A DNA stretch of 64,000 bases from positions 5,828,001-5,892,000 of the forward strand of contig NC_043002.1 in assembly GCF_006345805.1 (NCBI RefSeq), given 5' to 3'. Shown here piece after piece: positions 50,157 to 63,810 of this stretch. A program made the translations under genes and the position numbers. The notes beneath the pieces were generated by a model. It ran no database searches, was not told the DNA's origin, and saw nothing but the letters and a program-made list of their open reading frames with translations. The stretch's first letter is position 1. The number at the start of each line of letters is the position of its first letter. The DNA is from Octopus sinensis (Eukaryota).

Positions 50157-50987
50157 TGAAGGTTGGCTAAAAAGTTCATAGGCTGACCCCAATGCAATGG
50201 TTGATCTTGACCAAATGTGTTTTATTTTTCAACACAGTCCCCCCTGTGGTCCATATGCTTCTTCCATCAGTGTTGCAGCACTTGAATTCCCATGGTATGG
50301 AAGCTCTCATCCTGACCCTCAAAAAAGTCAGCAGTGGATATGACCTTATCACTGGTCTGATACTGCTTCCCAGCCAAGCGCTCTTCATGTTGAGGAACAG
50401 AAAACAGTCAGATGGTGCCAAATCTGAAGAATATGGAGGAGGGTGATCAACCAGTTCAAAGCCACAGTTGCACACAGCAGCCATTGCAACCACGGACTTG
50501 TGTGCAGGAGCATTGTCCTGGTGAAGCAGGACCCCACTAGCTATCTGATTAACATTTAAATGTATGTCATCCATCACTATCTGGTGAACATGTCAATGCT
50601 TTCTTGGGCGGTGGCTGTGGCAGGACGTCTGGACCTTGGGTCCTCTTCAAGACTCTCCCTACCACTCTTGAATTCAGTTGCCCACTTTTGCACGGCTGAT
50701 AAAGCTGGAGCATCATCCCCTAATGTAACACCCATGTCAGCATGAATGTTCTTGGGGTCTAACCCCTTTTTCTGTAGATATTTGATAACACCATGGTGCC
50801 AAATTTTATCCATTTTCGCAAAATGTCTCTTCCACTTTTCTAAGTCCTTAATTCTGTATCCAATGTGGGTTTATCTAGAAAGAAATTATGCTGTTTGCAT
50901 CAGTAAAGATTGAATTTAATACATGCCAAGTTTAATTACTGTATGATAACTCCTTAGTCAGCCTATGAACTTATCAGCCCACCCTTG
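50157..50987 (-). mobile_element. Internally deleted mariner transposon
   Basis: TIRs tgaaggttggctaaaaagttcataggctgac / gtcagcctatgaacttatcagcccacccttg, each flanked by TA; transposase pieces VQKWATEFKSGRESLEEDPRS.RP and LHQDNAPAHKS...YSSDLAPSD. Confidence 0.92.
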
Positions 50988-51043
50988 TATATATAAATAA
51001 AGCACCCGTGATGAATTGTATGTATATAATGGTTCTGTGTACA

Positions 51044-51305
51044 AAGGCGGCGACCTGGCAGAAACGTTAGCACTTGGCAAAATGCTTAGCGGTATTTCGT
51101 CTGTCGTTACGTTCTGAGTTCAAATTCCGCCGAGGTCGACTTTGTCTTTCATCCTTTCGGGGTCGATAAATTAAGCACCAGTTACACACTGGGGTCGATA
51201 AATTAAGCACCAGTTACACACTGGGGTCGATGTAATCGACTTAATCTCTTTGTCTGTCCTTGTTTGTCCCCTCTATGTTTAGCCCCTTGTGGGCATTAAA
51301 GAAAT
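51044..51305 (+). mobile_element. SINE family B with an internal 32-bp tandem duplication and a TSD
   Basis: Flanked by tatataatggttctgtg on both sides; cgataaattaagcaccagttacacactggggt occurs twice. Confidence 0.85.
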
Positions 51306-51855
51306 ATATAATGGTTCTGTGCACATAACATTAAGAATGTATGTTTGCAACATGTATCTGTGCATGTGTGTGTGTATAAAGCAGAAATTAAATCAACATT
51401 GCATGAGAATTTGTGAGACCAAATTATATTTATATATCTAAAGAACGTTACTATGGAATTTGGCATGACTTTAAGTATATAATTATACTTTTGTAAATAA
51501 CATTTTCCTCATGTGATAAATATTTACACAATTTCAAAGACATTCACATGCAGACATATTTCCAAACATCAAGTCTGTGATCCTTTTGCTATTAGAGAAT
51601 TTCTTTGAATCTTTCTGAAAGTGATGGTGATTCTGATGAGCTTGTGCATTCTGATAATGGTTTACCTGTTGCTTATTGTCTTTATTCCTTTTTTTTTTTG
51701 TCCTGCCAAACACTTTCAGTATTCTGTTCTCGACAATAACAAATTTGTCTTTCTGTAATAGTTTATATGTTTCTTTGACAATATTGACAATAATATATTA
51801 CATTTATATATTTGTTTTGCAAGATTTTTTATGTTAAATCGTGTGTTGAAACAGA

Positions 51856-52154
51856 TATTGTTGTATTTAGGAATGGTCATTTTGCCAGTTTAGCCAATAA
51901 AAACACACGCACTATATATTTGGTGTTACTTTGCTTCAGCGTTATTTACTTCTTACATTAATCTTAATCTTATTTCAGCCAGAAAGCAAAGGACCACTGA
52001 TGAGGTCACAGAAGTGTGACAAAAGAACTCTGGCCGAAATAAGATTAAGATTAATGTAAAAAGTAAATAACGCTGAAGCAAAGTAACACCACATATATAG
52101 TGTGTGTGTTTTTATTGGCTAAACTGGCAAAATGACCATTCCTAAATACAACAA
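51856..52154. repeat. Inverted repeat with about 125-bp arms and a 45-nt loop carrying a hammerhead-like core (possible Penelope-like pLTR remnant)
   Basis: 51856-51983 is the reverse complement of 52029-52154 with few mismatches; the loop has ctgatgag-gtcac-agaagt-gtgac. Confidence 0.8.
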
Positions 52155-53468
52155 CAATAATATAATTATGACAGTAATGATGATCTTGATACATAATAAG
52201 GTAGCATCCAATTACACTGTGCAATGTAAATAACGACCTCCTCAACTGACTAGTTATACTTAGTGATTGAGAAGGTCCCATTCAAAAATGCAATACATTT
52301 TAATAATTGTTTTTTTTTTTTCTGTTTAATTCTCATCTCAAATATCCATTTATATTTTCTTATGTATATCTTATGATTTTATAGAATAAATGTCTTGTTT
52401 ATATCTCCGTGTTAGTATGTCTTTCTTTTATTACTTTTTTATTATTATACTTTTATTAACACCATCCGAGCGTGGCCGTTCGCCAGCCTCGTCTGGCACC
52501 TGTGTCGGTGGCACATAAAATCACCCACTACACTCTCGGAGTGGTTGGCGTTAGGAAGGGCATCCAGCTGTAGAAACACTGCCAGATCTGACTGGCCTGG
52601 TGCAGCCTTCGGGCTCCCCAGACCCCAGTTGAACCGTCCAACCCATGCTAGCATGGAAAACGGACGCTAAATGATGATGATTGAAGACTGGATATTTGGC
52701 ACTACTTCTGCATTTATTGCAAACTAGCACTATGGCCCGGCAACGCATATACAGCTGCGTGCGTGCACACATACACGCGAGTACTGTCCAAATCTCCGAC
52801 CAATCACATACAGCTAGCTGGCATTCAATTGGCATATCAAGTTTCGGGCATTTTGATTGGGTTTTGAATAGAAAATTCACAAAAAAGTCACTTCTATTGA
52901 TTTTTTTAATGGCTTTGCAGGGTGACTGGGAAAATGCAAAGATGTGCACGACCACCCTTGGACAGTTTTGAATGACCATAGAAAGTGTGAGCTCTCTAAC
53001 TGAAAAATTGTGGATGTGTATAAAGGACACACACACAGAGATTTTGCCGTTTATATATAGAGAGATAAACTCTGGTAATTCTGATCAAACTGTTGTACTA
53101 GCAGGTAGGTGTTTTGGGGCCCCACCAAAAAAAGAAAAACACACACAACAATATCATACTTCTTCAACAATATCACACTTACATTACACTTACATAACAC
53201 CTCAAAATTGAGTATTTAGGTGCTGAATGACAGGCACGTAAACACACGAACACCGGTTGTCAAATGGTGGTAGGAGAACAAACATAGACACAAAAGCACA
53301 CACAGATATACATATATGTACGACGAGTTTCTTTTAGTTTCTCACAAGGCTATGGTCGGTCCGAGGCTATAGAAGAAAACACTTGACCAAGCTGCTATGC
53401 AGTGGGACTGAACCTGAAACCATGTGGTTTGGAAAGAAACTTGATACCACTCAGCTATGTCTGTGCCC

Positions 53469-53506
<38 letters not shown>

Positions 53507-53759
53507 TTTGCAGGTCTAAGAATGTAGCTATGACATAATATTTATTCTTTCATTACGATCGTTTCAACAATAGATGGCTCAGATACATCATGAAGATAAA
53601 ATGATTGTGTAATATAATAATATATTTCAAAGTTCAAAATAAACAATTGAATGATAATCCTTGGAACTTCAGTTTCTATGAAGGGCTTTCTTTAAGAGAA
53701 ACAGTCTACTTTGAAGGAGTGCTAAATGAGGATACAGCTCGGACTTCTAGGCTGTCTCC

Positions 53760-54145
53760 TATGATTGTATGTACGAATGCATGCATGTTTGCATGTATGC
53801 ATGTATGTGTGTATGTATGTATGTACGTATGCATGCAAGTATGTATGTATGTACGTATGTATGTATGTACGTATGTATGAATGTACGTACGTACGTATGT
53901 ATGAATGTACGTACGTACGTATGTATGAATGTACGTACGTACGTATGTATGTATGTATGTATGTATGTGTGTGTATGTATGTATGAATGTACGTACGTAC
54001 GTATGTATGCATGTATGTATGTATGTATGTATGTACGTGTGTATGTGTGTGTATGTATGTATGTACGTATGTATGTGTGTGTGTATGTATGCATGTATGT
54101 ATGTATGTACGTATGTATGTACGTACGTATGTATGTATGCATATT
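53760..54145. repeat. Compound (TATG)n/(TACG)n microsatellite with a 24-bp higher-order unit
   Basis: atgaatgtacgtacgtacgtatgt x3 at 53877-53948, plus one copy at 53983. Confidence 0.9.
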
Positions 54146-54246
54146 TGTATGGATGCATGATTAATCTGTGAGTACATGCACAGTGTGTGTGCATATGTAT
54201 AAAGATGGTGCTCATATGGAATACAGATACACGGGTACTGCATGTA

Positions 54247-55372
54247 CGAGAGGGTACCCAACAGTAACCAGAAACGTTCTCTGTGGGACAAACCCGTTGT
54301 AGTTCAGGCTTTCGCCGCAAGAAGCCACTTGATGCGTTCCCCAGGCATCAGTCTGCCGACCGGATGATGTCGTCCTGCCATTGGTGCGTCTTTGTTTTGC
54401 AGTGCTTCTCCTTTGTTCGTTTTTTTTTTTTGCGATGGCTGAAACGAAGGAACAGCGAGCCTCCGTGAAATTCTGTTTTCTGCTGGCGAAAACGGCGGTC
54501 GAAACAGCTGTCGTGCTTCAAACAGCTTACAAGGCCGCTGCCATGAGCAAAACCCAAGTTTATGAGTGGTCATTTGTTGCTTTGAGACCAATCTCGTTCA
54601 TGACAACCGTCGACCTCCCGAACGAATAAAAACATCGTAAAAATTCACGAACTGATCTTGGAGGAGGTCTGTCACCGAATAGTTGACGATCTTGTTGATC
54701 TGACTGGTGTGTCCTGGAGCCACTGGTGACGGAAGCTGGTGCTACGGAATTTGCAGGCGTAGGAGTGGCTGTGTGGTAAGTAGCTTGCTTACCAACCACA
54801 TGGCTCCGGGTTCAGTCCCACTGCGTGGCACCTGGGGCAAGTGTCTTCTGCTATAGCCTCGGGCTGACCAAAGCCTTGTGAGTGGATTTGGTAGACGGAA
54901 ACTGAAAGAAGCCCGTCATATATATGTATGTGTGTGTGTATGTCTGTGTGTCTGTGTTTGTCCCCCCAACATAGCTTGACAACTGATGCTGGTGTGTTTC
55001 CGTCCCCGTAACTTAGCGGTTCGGCAAAAGACACCGGTAGAATAAGTACTAGGCTTACAAGGAATAAGTCTTGGGGTCGATTCGTTCGACTAAAGGCGGC
55101 GCTCCAGCATGGCCACAGTCAAATGACTGAAACAACTAAAAGAGTAAAAGAGATGTGGAAGAGGTGTGAAAAAAAGAAAAAAACGACGGAAGCGTTGAAA
55201 GCCATCGCTTCGCAAGTGTCCCAGCACTTCTTGGAACCGTGGAGAAAACCCGTTTGGATCGGTGCAGTGCTTCAAATGGAGAATACTTTGAAGGCGGTGG
55301 AAATGTAAACATGTAAAACTAAGTGAATAAAATAATATTGCAAAATTCCGGGTTTTTTTGGGAACCCCCTCG
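54247..55372 (+). mobile_element. Internally deleted mariner transposon with a nested CORE-SINE
   Basis: TA-cgagagggtacccaa ... ttgggaaccccctcg-TA; N-terminus MAETKEQRASVKFCFLLAKTAVET...YKAAAMSKTQVYEW; C-terminus DRCSASNGEYFEG; SINE C at about 54765-55145. Confidence 0.9.
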
Positions 55373-56329
55373 TATATCTTGGAACAACACCCCTCCCTCC
55401 CTTCACACACAAACGCGCGCACATGTGTGATTTTCAGTGTATAAGAAGCAAAATATATTTTCAGAAACTGAACGTGTAATTCAGTTCCTGAAAATGAGAC
55501 TGGGCAAGTCTAGAAATATCGAATATGAATTTAGAAACTCTGTTCTTCCAAATCAATTGTAAAATCTAACATGAAAAGCTAAAATAAACGTATGGAAAAA
55601 ACGAAAGCTCGAATATAGTCTAGCGGGTGTCTTCAAAGGAGGTTATTGCTCGGTGGACAGTAAGACGCCAGGCTTCATGGTCAGCGGCTAAAACAGACCA
55701 CTGGTGTTGATCAATGTGGAAAGCACACACACGCACGTGGATGTATGTATGTATGTACATGCATTCTCTATTATACTGTATGTACATATTCTCTATTATA
55801 TTGTATACACCCAGAATGTATGGACATACGCCATACATGCATTCGGGTATACATGCCGCTGCATGTACGTGCAGACTGATAAGCTAAGAACAACAAATTT
55901 AGATTGGGATAAGACTTTTTAAAGAATTAATGCGTATGTATAAAGAATTCGTTTGTGGTAAGAAAAAACAAACAGGTGAGACGCATTCTATGTGTGTGTG
56001 TGTGTGTGAGTATTTATAAAAATATATAAAAATATCAAAATAGATAAATAAGTAGGAGCAGGAGTGGCTGTGTGGTAAGTAACTTGCCTACCAGCCTCAT
56101 GGTTCCGTGTTCATTCCCACTGCGTGACACCTTGGGCAAGTGTCTCCTACTATAGCCTCGGGCCGACTAAAGCCTCGTGAGTGTATTTGGTAGACGGAAA
56201 CTGAAAGAAGCCCGTCGTATATATGTATATACATGAAGCAACGTGAAATGAGTTTTGCTCAGCAAAATAACGCACCTGCCGGTCCAGGAATCGAAATCTT
56301 AACTTTACTTTTGTCTAACACCTTAACCA

Positions 56330-56550
56330 CCCAGCTATGTGCATCCACATACGAGTGTGCGTGTGTGCATGCGTGCGTGCGAGTGTGTGTGTGTGTGTAT
56401 AGATATTAAATAGAATAAGTTTATAATATACAAGAATATATGCATATGCATACAATTACATGCATATATATATATATATTTATATACACACACCTTTTTA
56501 CAAATTATATATATACATATATATACACACACATTTTAACAAATTATATA

Positions 56551-56595
<45 letters not shown>

Positions 56596-58022
56596 TATAT
56601 ATATAATATATATGTATTTATACATATACATGCATACGTACATACATGCGCACACCTGTATATGTACAAATATAAATCTTTATCTATCCATCCATCTATC
56701 TATCTATCTATCTATCTATCTATTTATCTGGCGAATGCGCGTGTGTGTATGTCTACGTTTACTAAGGAGAGAGAGAAACAGAGAGAGATAGAGATAGATA
56801 GATAGATAGATAGATAGTTAGAGAGTGTGAGAGAGAGAGAGATAGGTATTTAGCTGCAGAGGTGGATGGAGCGGTTTAGAAATACCCGCTCCAACCCCAA
56901 CTAGAAAGCGTAAAGTTATTCGATTAGCTTCAGTTTAGCCAGAATACTCGGATTCCTGTAACAGGCGAGGATGGCATCGAATAAACAAAAGACATTTCCA
57001 GTTCGTGATTCAATATATTTTCATTCGGGGTAAACAACGAAAGGTTTAAACCTTCTTTATATAGCTCCAAACAAACACCAGACTTATATAATATTTACTC
57101 AGTTGTGTACAAAATCTAATACCTCGAAGATCATTCAGCCAAGAAACGCGCGCGCACGCACACGCACACGCATGCGCATACACACACGCACACTCAGTTA
57201 CGTGTGTGAATACATATACGCACACATACACCAGGTGCCCATACGCAAAAAAAAAACAGTGTGGAAATAGCATATGTTGTATAACTATTAAATCAATATA
57301 TGCATTTATATATATGTGTGTGTATATAATGTAAGTATGTATATGTGTATACATACATACATATATATATATGTATATCTGTATACATACATACATGCAT
57401 GCATACTATATATATATATATATATACATGCACACACATACATACATACATTTAAACACATACACATTTATTCAAAAGAAATATACACATATATACGCCA
57501 TTTCCATGTCGTTTGTATGTGTACATGTATATATATATATACACACACGCGTATGCAAATAAATGTGTTACATAAGTATTTTTACGTATATATGTGAATA
57601 TAGGTGTGTATCTCTCTCTCTCTCTATATATATATATATTATATATATATATATTATATATTTATATATATATATATAATATATATACACACACACACAT
57701 ACTCTCTCTCTCACACACACACACATATATATATATATACACACCCGTACGAAGACGACATGCATGCATTTCTGTGTGGGAACGATTATGTATTTTGTGC
57801 ACGTGTCACTATACTCTTATGTGTGTGTGAGGGTGCATGTATGTTGTTAGATGAACAAATAACCACATTAGGTGTTATATGCCGTCTATTATATATAAAA
57901 TATATTTACAAAATATATTTGGAGTTACATTTGTAACTACTTAGGAAAATATATGCCAAATTATTTATTTATCTAATTAACTATCTCTTCGATCTTTCCC
58001 TTATATATGTTGTATATATATA

Positions 58023-58057
<35 letters not shown>

Positions 58058-58435
58058 ATGTATAATATATACGTATGTATATACACGTATATACTTGGCT
58101 TGTGCACCTGAGCACTATATGCAATAAGTATACAGTATGCACTATATAATATATAATAATATATAATATATATATTATAATATGTATGTATATATACCAA
58201 TATATATATGCATGCATATATATGTATTTATATGTTTGTATATATGTATGTATATATGTATATATGTATATATATATATATATATATGCATATATTTATG
58301 TATATATATGTATACATATGTAGATATATATGTATATATATATGTGTGTGTATATATATGTATATATATAGTGTGTGTATATATAGTATATTATATATAT
58401 ATATATATATGTGTGTGTATATATATGTATGTTTA

Positions 58436-58472
<37 letters not shown>

Positions 58473-58880
58473 GTATATCTATGTATGCTGGAATATATAT
58501 ATGTATATATATATATCTCATATTACATATATAATATATATATATAATGTATGTATGTATATGTATATAAATATATGTATGTATATGTATACATATGTAT
58601 GCATGTATGTATATATATATGTATATATATGAATGTATATTTATATGTGTATACATATATATATGTGTATATATATATGTATGTATATACATATATATAT
58701 ATATATGTATGTATGTATATATATGTATGTATATACATATATATATATGTATGTATGTATATATATGTATGTATATATACATATATATATATATATGTAT
58801 ATATACATGTATAGTTGTATGTGTGTATATGTATAAAGCTATATGCGTTTAAACATTTGTGTGTATATCTATCTATCTAT
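56330..58880. repeat. Extended degenerate (TA)n/(CA)n/(TATG)n/(GATA)n microsatellite field
   Basis: Almost continuous simple repeats, including about 900 bp of TA/TG at 57990-58870. Further tracts at about 61020-61370, 61960-62330, 62900-63265 and 63760-63980. Confidence 0.92.
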
Positions 58881-60636
58881 ATATGTATCTGCATGAAACC
58901 AAGTTGTCTCAGCTTTGAATTCGACTTTCTCAAAATTCATTGTCTCTCATAATCGCACGCATAGAATAATGTTTTACTCCCCCACACCACCATATGCTTT
59001 TGTTCACACACTTGTATACAAACAATTAACCCTTACACTCAGGCCTTACTAACCCAGAAGCTTCTTTGACACCCTCATTCTTCGCCTCCGGCTCTTATAC
59101 TATCACATATACATTTTCACTCTACACATCCTACAGTAAAATATACACTCACCAACATACTCCCACTCCAATAATCAACGTCATTAATCTTCCACTCTTA
59201 CATGTATGCGCAGGAGTGGCTGTGTGGTAAGTGTAGCTTGTTTACCAACCACATGGTTCCGGGTTCAGTCCCACTGCGTGGCATCTTGGGCAAGTGTCTT
59301 CTGCTATAGCCCCGGGCCAACCAATGCCTTGTGAGTGGATTTGGTAGACGGAAACTGAAAGAAGCCTGTCGTATATATGTATATATATATGTGTGTGTGT
59401 TTGTCCCCCTAGCATTGCTTGACAATCGATGCTGGTGTGTTTACGTCCCCGTCACTTAGCGGTTCGGCAAAAGAGACCGATAGAATAAGTACTGGGCTTA
59501 CAAAGAATAAGTCCCGGGGTCGATTTGCTCGACTAAAGGCGGTGCTCCAGCATGGCCGCAGTAAAATGACTGAAACAAGTAAAAGAGAAAAAGAGAAAGA
59601 GAAACTCACACAACAAACAATCCCCCACTTTATGCTCGGATCCAGACAAACACACGCCTGCCCGGCTTTCTCTTCTAAACTCCTCCTAGAAAACAACTTT
59701 TCCCATCCTACTTTCTAACCACATACCTTCTTTCCATGTCTTTTATCCACTGTTTGACTTTGTCTTTCATCCTTTCAAGACCGATAAATAAAGTACCAGT
59801 CGAGTACTGCGGTCGATGTAATCGACTATTCCCCCATCACAAATTGCAGGCCTTGTACCTATGGTAAAAAGGAGTATTATTATTGTTGTTGTTGCTGTAA
59901 TCATTATTGCGTAATTTAGTAATTACTTATCGCTTTTACATTCACTTTTTTCTGTCTCTTCTTTTCTGATGAAGGAGTAATGCCCAAAATGTTATGGGAC
60001 CATCTGTAACTCACAATCGTCTTCTACTATAGCCTTGGGCCGACCAAAGCCTTGTGAGTGGATTTGGTAGACGGAAACTGAAAGAAGCCCGTCGTATATA
60101 TGTATGTATATGTGTCTGTGTGTGTGTGTATGTTTGTGTGTCTGTGTTTGTCCCCCCCCCCCCAACATCGCTTGACAACGGATGCTAGTGTGTTTACGTC
60201 CCCGTAACTTAGCGGTTCGGCAAGGCCCACCAAAGCCTTGTGAGTGGATTTGGTAGACGGAAACTGAAAGAAGCTCGTCGTATATATGTATGTATATATG
60301 TCTGTGTGTGCCTGTGTTTGTCCCACCACCCAACATCGCCTGACAACCGATGCTGGTGTGTTTAAGTCCCCGTAACTTAGCGGTTTGGCAAAATAGACCG
60401 ATAGAATAAGTCCTGGGGTCGATTTGCTCGACTAAAGGCGATGCTCCAGCATGGCCACAGCAAAATGACTGAAACAAGTAAAAGAGTAAAAGAGTAAAAG
60501 AATACATTCTTTTATTCTTTTATGCGTTTCAGCCCAATGGCCGTGGCCATATTGGAGCACCACCAGTATAATCACCATTTTGAACTGCCATTCTTATGCA
60601 ATTGGCTTTTGGTGAAGGAAGGAATTTGCCCTCTTA

Positions 60637-60686
<50 letters not shown>

Positions 60687-61033
60687 CACACACACACAAT
60701 ATCTATATATATATGTGTTTCCAGTAGTCACTAAAGGTTCGTCATTGACCTGTCAATAGCGAGCCTATAATTACCACTGGAAACATTTGTAAGTCAAATT
60801 TACTACAATAAATATGTAATGACCATGCCTTGTCTTGTATATCACTCTGTGTAAAATCCAGTATATCTGGAACACAACCATGGATTTACTTTATAGTGAT
60901 GTACTTTAACCTCGGACACCCTTCACAAGAATATGTGAAGTCCTTCACTAATCTAAACAGTATTGCTCGCCTGGTGTTCTATCAGAGAGCTTATAAGGTA
61001 TTTTGTTCGGTGTTATATATATATATAATAATG

Positions 61034-61068
<35 letters not shown>

Positions 61069-61311
61069 TTGAGGTAATATTATTCTTAATTTACAGGGAA
61101 AAATTCAATTTAGAAATACTAAATCAAATTTCATAAAATATATAATTTATATATAAAAATTAGAAAATACCCCACCTTTTTTCAATTCAAAATGAACAAT
61201 TAAATTACACCATCTAGAAAATTACATATAATAAAAATATTAAAAATAAAATAACAATAATATACCGATGATTAAGTAAATTGCAAAATAATAATAAAAA
61301 TGCATATATTG

Positions 61312-61370
<59 letters not shown>

Positions 61371-61705
61371 AATATTGAATTTCTAAATCTCTCGTAGAGA
61401 CATGTACGGTGGTGGGGCGATAGAAGGGTGTTTTATACTGTCAATCTAACAAGAACGTGACAGTAGGGGGTACACCACCGCTGTATAGCCCTAGGAAGCA
61501 TCGAACGCCTCCTGATAGCTTTGACACATTTTTTCCCTGTGTCCTTATATACATATACGAAGAGGAGACAAACACCCCCGGCTGCTGGAACTGCATCTAT
61601 ATATTAATAGTAATGTTAAGACAACAAAAGAATGAAGGAGACCTCGATATTATGTAAATAGAGGAATTTATTTGTAATATAACATGCAACAATTATTCGG
61701 TTGCC

Positions 61706-61762
61706 ATAATAAAACTCCGAGTTTCGGATGTCGGGGCGGAAACCTGTGCCTCTTCAGTTATC
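61706..61762 (-). ncRNA. Possible minimal type I hammerhead ribozyme remnant
   Basis: Minus strand gataa-CTGAAGA-gg...cc-GAAAC-tcgga-GT-T-ttatt; stem I 5 bp, stem II only 2 bp, quasi-palindromic stem III; weak GUU triplet. Confidence 0.35.
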
Positions 61763-62917
61763 GAAGCAATTAAAATATGCTATGAAAATGACCGTTAAAC
61801 AAAGGGAAATTACTAGGTAAATGACCGTTATTAAGACAAAAAGAGCTATAGAATGACCGTTAAATAAGGGAATCACCGAAGGGGAGGAAGTAAAGAGTAA
61901 AGGAGTAAGAAAGCTCATAGAAATCGCGTGTGCGAGAATATACGTAAATACACATGTGCTCACGCACACCCACGTACATGTGCCTATATGCATATGCTCA
62001 CACAGACTCGTATGGTACACACACATGCGCACCCACATATACTCCAAAATAGATGCACATATGTATTCAACCATGCATGTACACGTATACAAAACCACAC
62101 ACGCACACACACACACCACACACAACACACACACACACACACACACTCACGTGCACATACCCATACGCGTACAGTTATAATCAAATACACACGCGCGCGC
62201 ACACACATATGTGCACAGTTATATTCAAATGCACGTCTAAAAACATACATGTATATATATATATACATATCCGCACACACGCACACACACTATGCGCGCG
62301 ATACATGTCTACATACGCACATGCACAGGAAAAATGCAGGGTGGAAGTTAAAATACAGGAAAAAAGGGGTAAAAATATATGAAGCAATGAAAATATAAAA
62401 ATATATCTCTATAAATATGTAAAAAAATATTTTAAAAATATATAAGAAACATATATAAAAAATATAGCGAGATAAAATGCTTGTAAGTGGACACAATACA
62501 AAAAGCAAGTTCTATCTGTGATCTTGCGGGGACCAAAACGTAATAAATATTTAGCGACGTATGGACATGATCCAAAAAGTTCAGTTCTTGAATTCAGCCA
62601 TGTAGCGGAGTCTAAGCTGCTTTTCCCGATGAGCCACCTTTCCATATGACAATGACCGCACTTACCACTGCCGTTGGTATATATATATATATTACTCTCT
62701 ATATATATTACTTGTTTCAGTCATTTGACTGCGGCCATGCTGGAGCACCGCCTTTAATCGAGCAACTCGACCCCGGGACTTATTCTTTTGTAATCCCAGT
62801 ACTTATCCTATCGGTCTCTTTTGCCGAACCGCTAAGTAACGGGGACATAAACACACCACCATCGGTTGTCAAGCAATGCTAGGGGGACAAACACAGACAC
62901 ACAAAACACACACACGC

Positions 62918-62965
<48 letters not shown>

Positions 62966-63190
62966 CAATATACGACGGGCTTCTTTCAGTTTCCGTCTAC
63001 CAAATCCACTCACAAGGCTTTGGTCGGCTCGAGGCAATAGTAGAAGACACTTGCCCAAGGTTCCACGCAGTGGGACTGAACCCGGAACCATGTGGTTGGT
63101 AAACAAGCTACTTACCACACAGCCACTCCTGCGCCTGTATATATATATATATATATATTATAATATATATATAGATATAATATATATATA

Positions 63191-63248
<58 letters not shown>

Positions 63249-63760
63249 TATATATATATATATTAAGTACAATCAACCAATTACTCGCTAGCAAACACTG
63301 GTAACGTGTACCACGGTTTGGTACAAAAAGAAACAAAGCAAAAAGATACAACGACAAGGAAAAAAACAAAAGAACAAACAGGTTGTATCAAGGTTGACGT
63401 TCAGGAAAACAGGAAGAAGTGCTTAATGTTCCGAGCATACGCTCGTCTACGGAATGGATTGGCTAGTAGAGAGAAAAATAAAGAGATGCTTAAGTATATT
63501 GTAGTGAGTGCCTGTAAAGTCACGAAGGAACGTTGGCATCCTTTCGCCCCATCCCCACACCTCACTCAGGTTTGACACTGTGGAGCATCCAAGAAAGAAT
63601 CGGTGGGAGGACAGGCTGTAGCAAAAGCCGGTTGGTATCATTAAAGGTGAGTAGTCTGTAAGAATGTGGATGAATGGGTCTTACCGCCCGATTCAGGAAC
63701 TGAACCCATGAGTCAAACTTTAAAACCGTTAAACCACGTAACTGTTCTATGCACGCGCAC

Positions 63761-63810
<50 letters not shown>

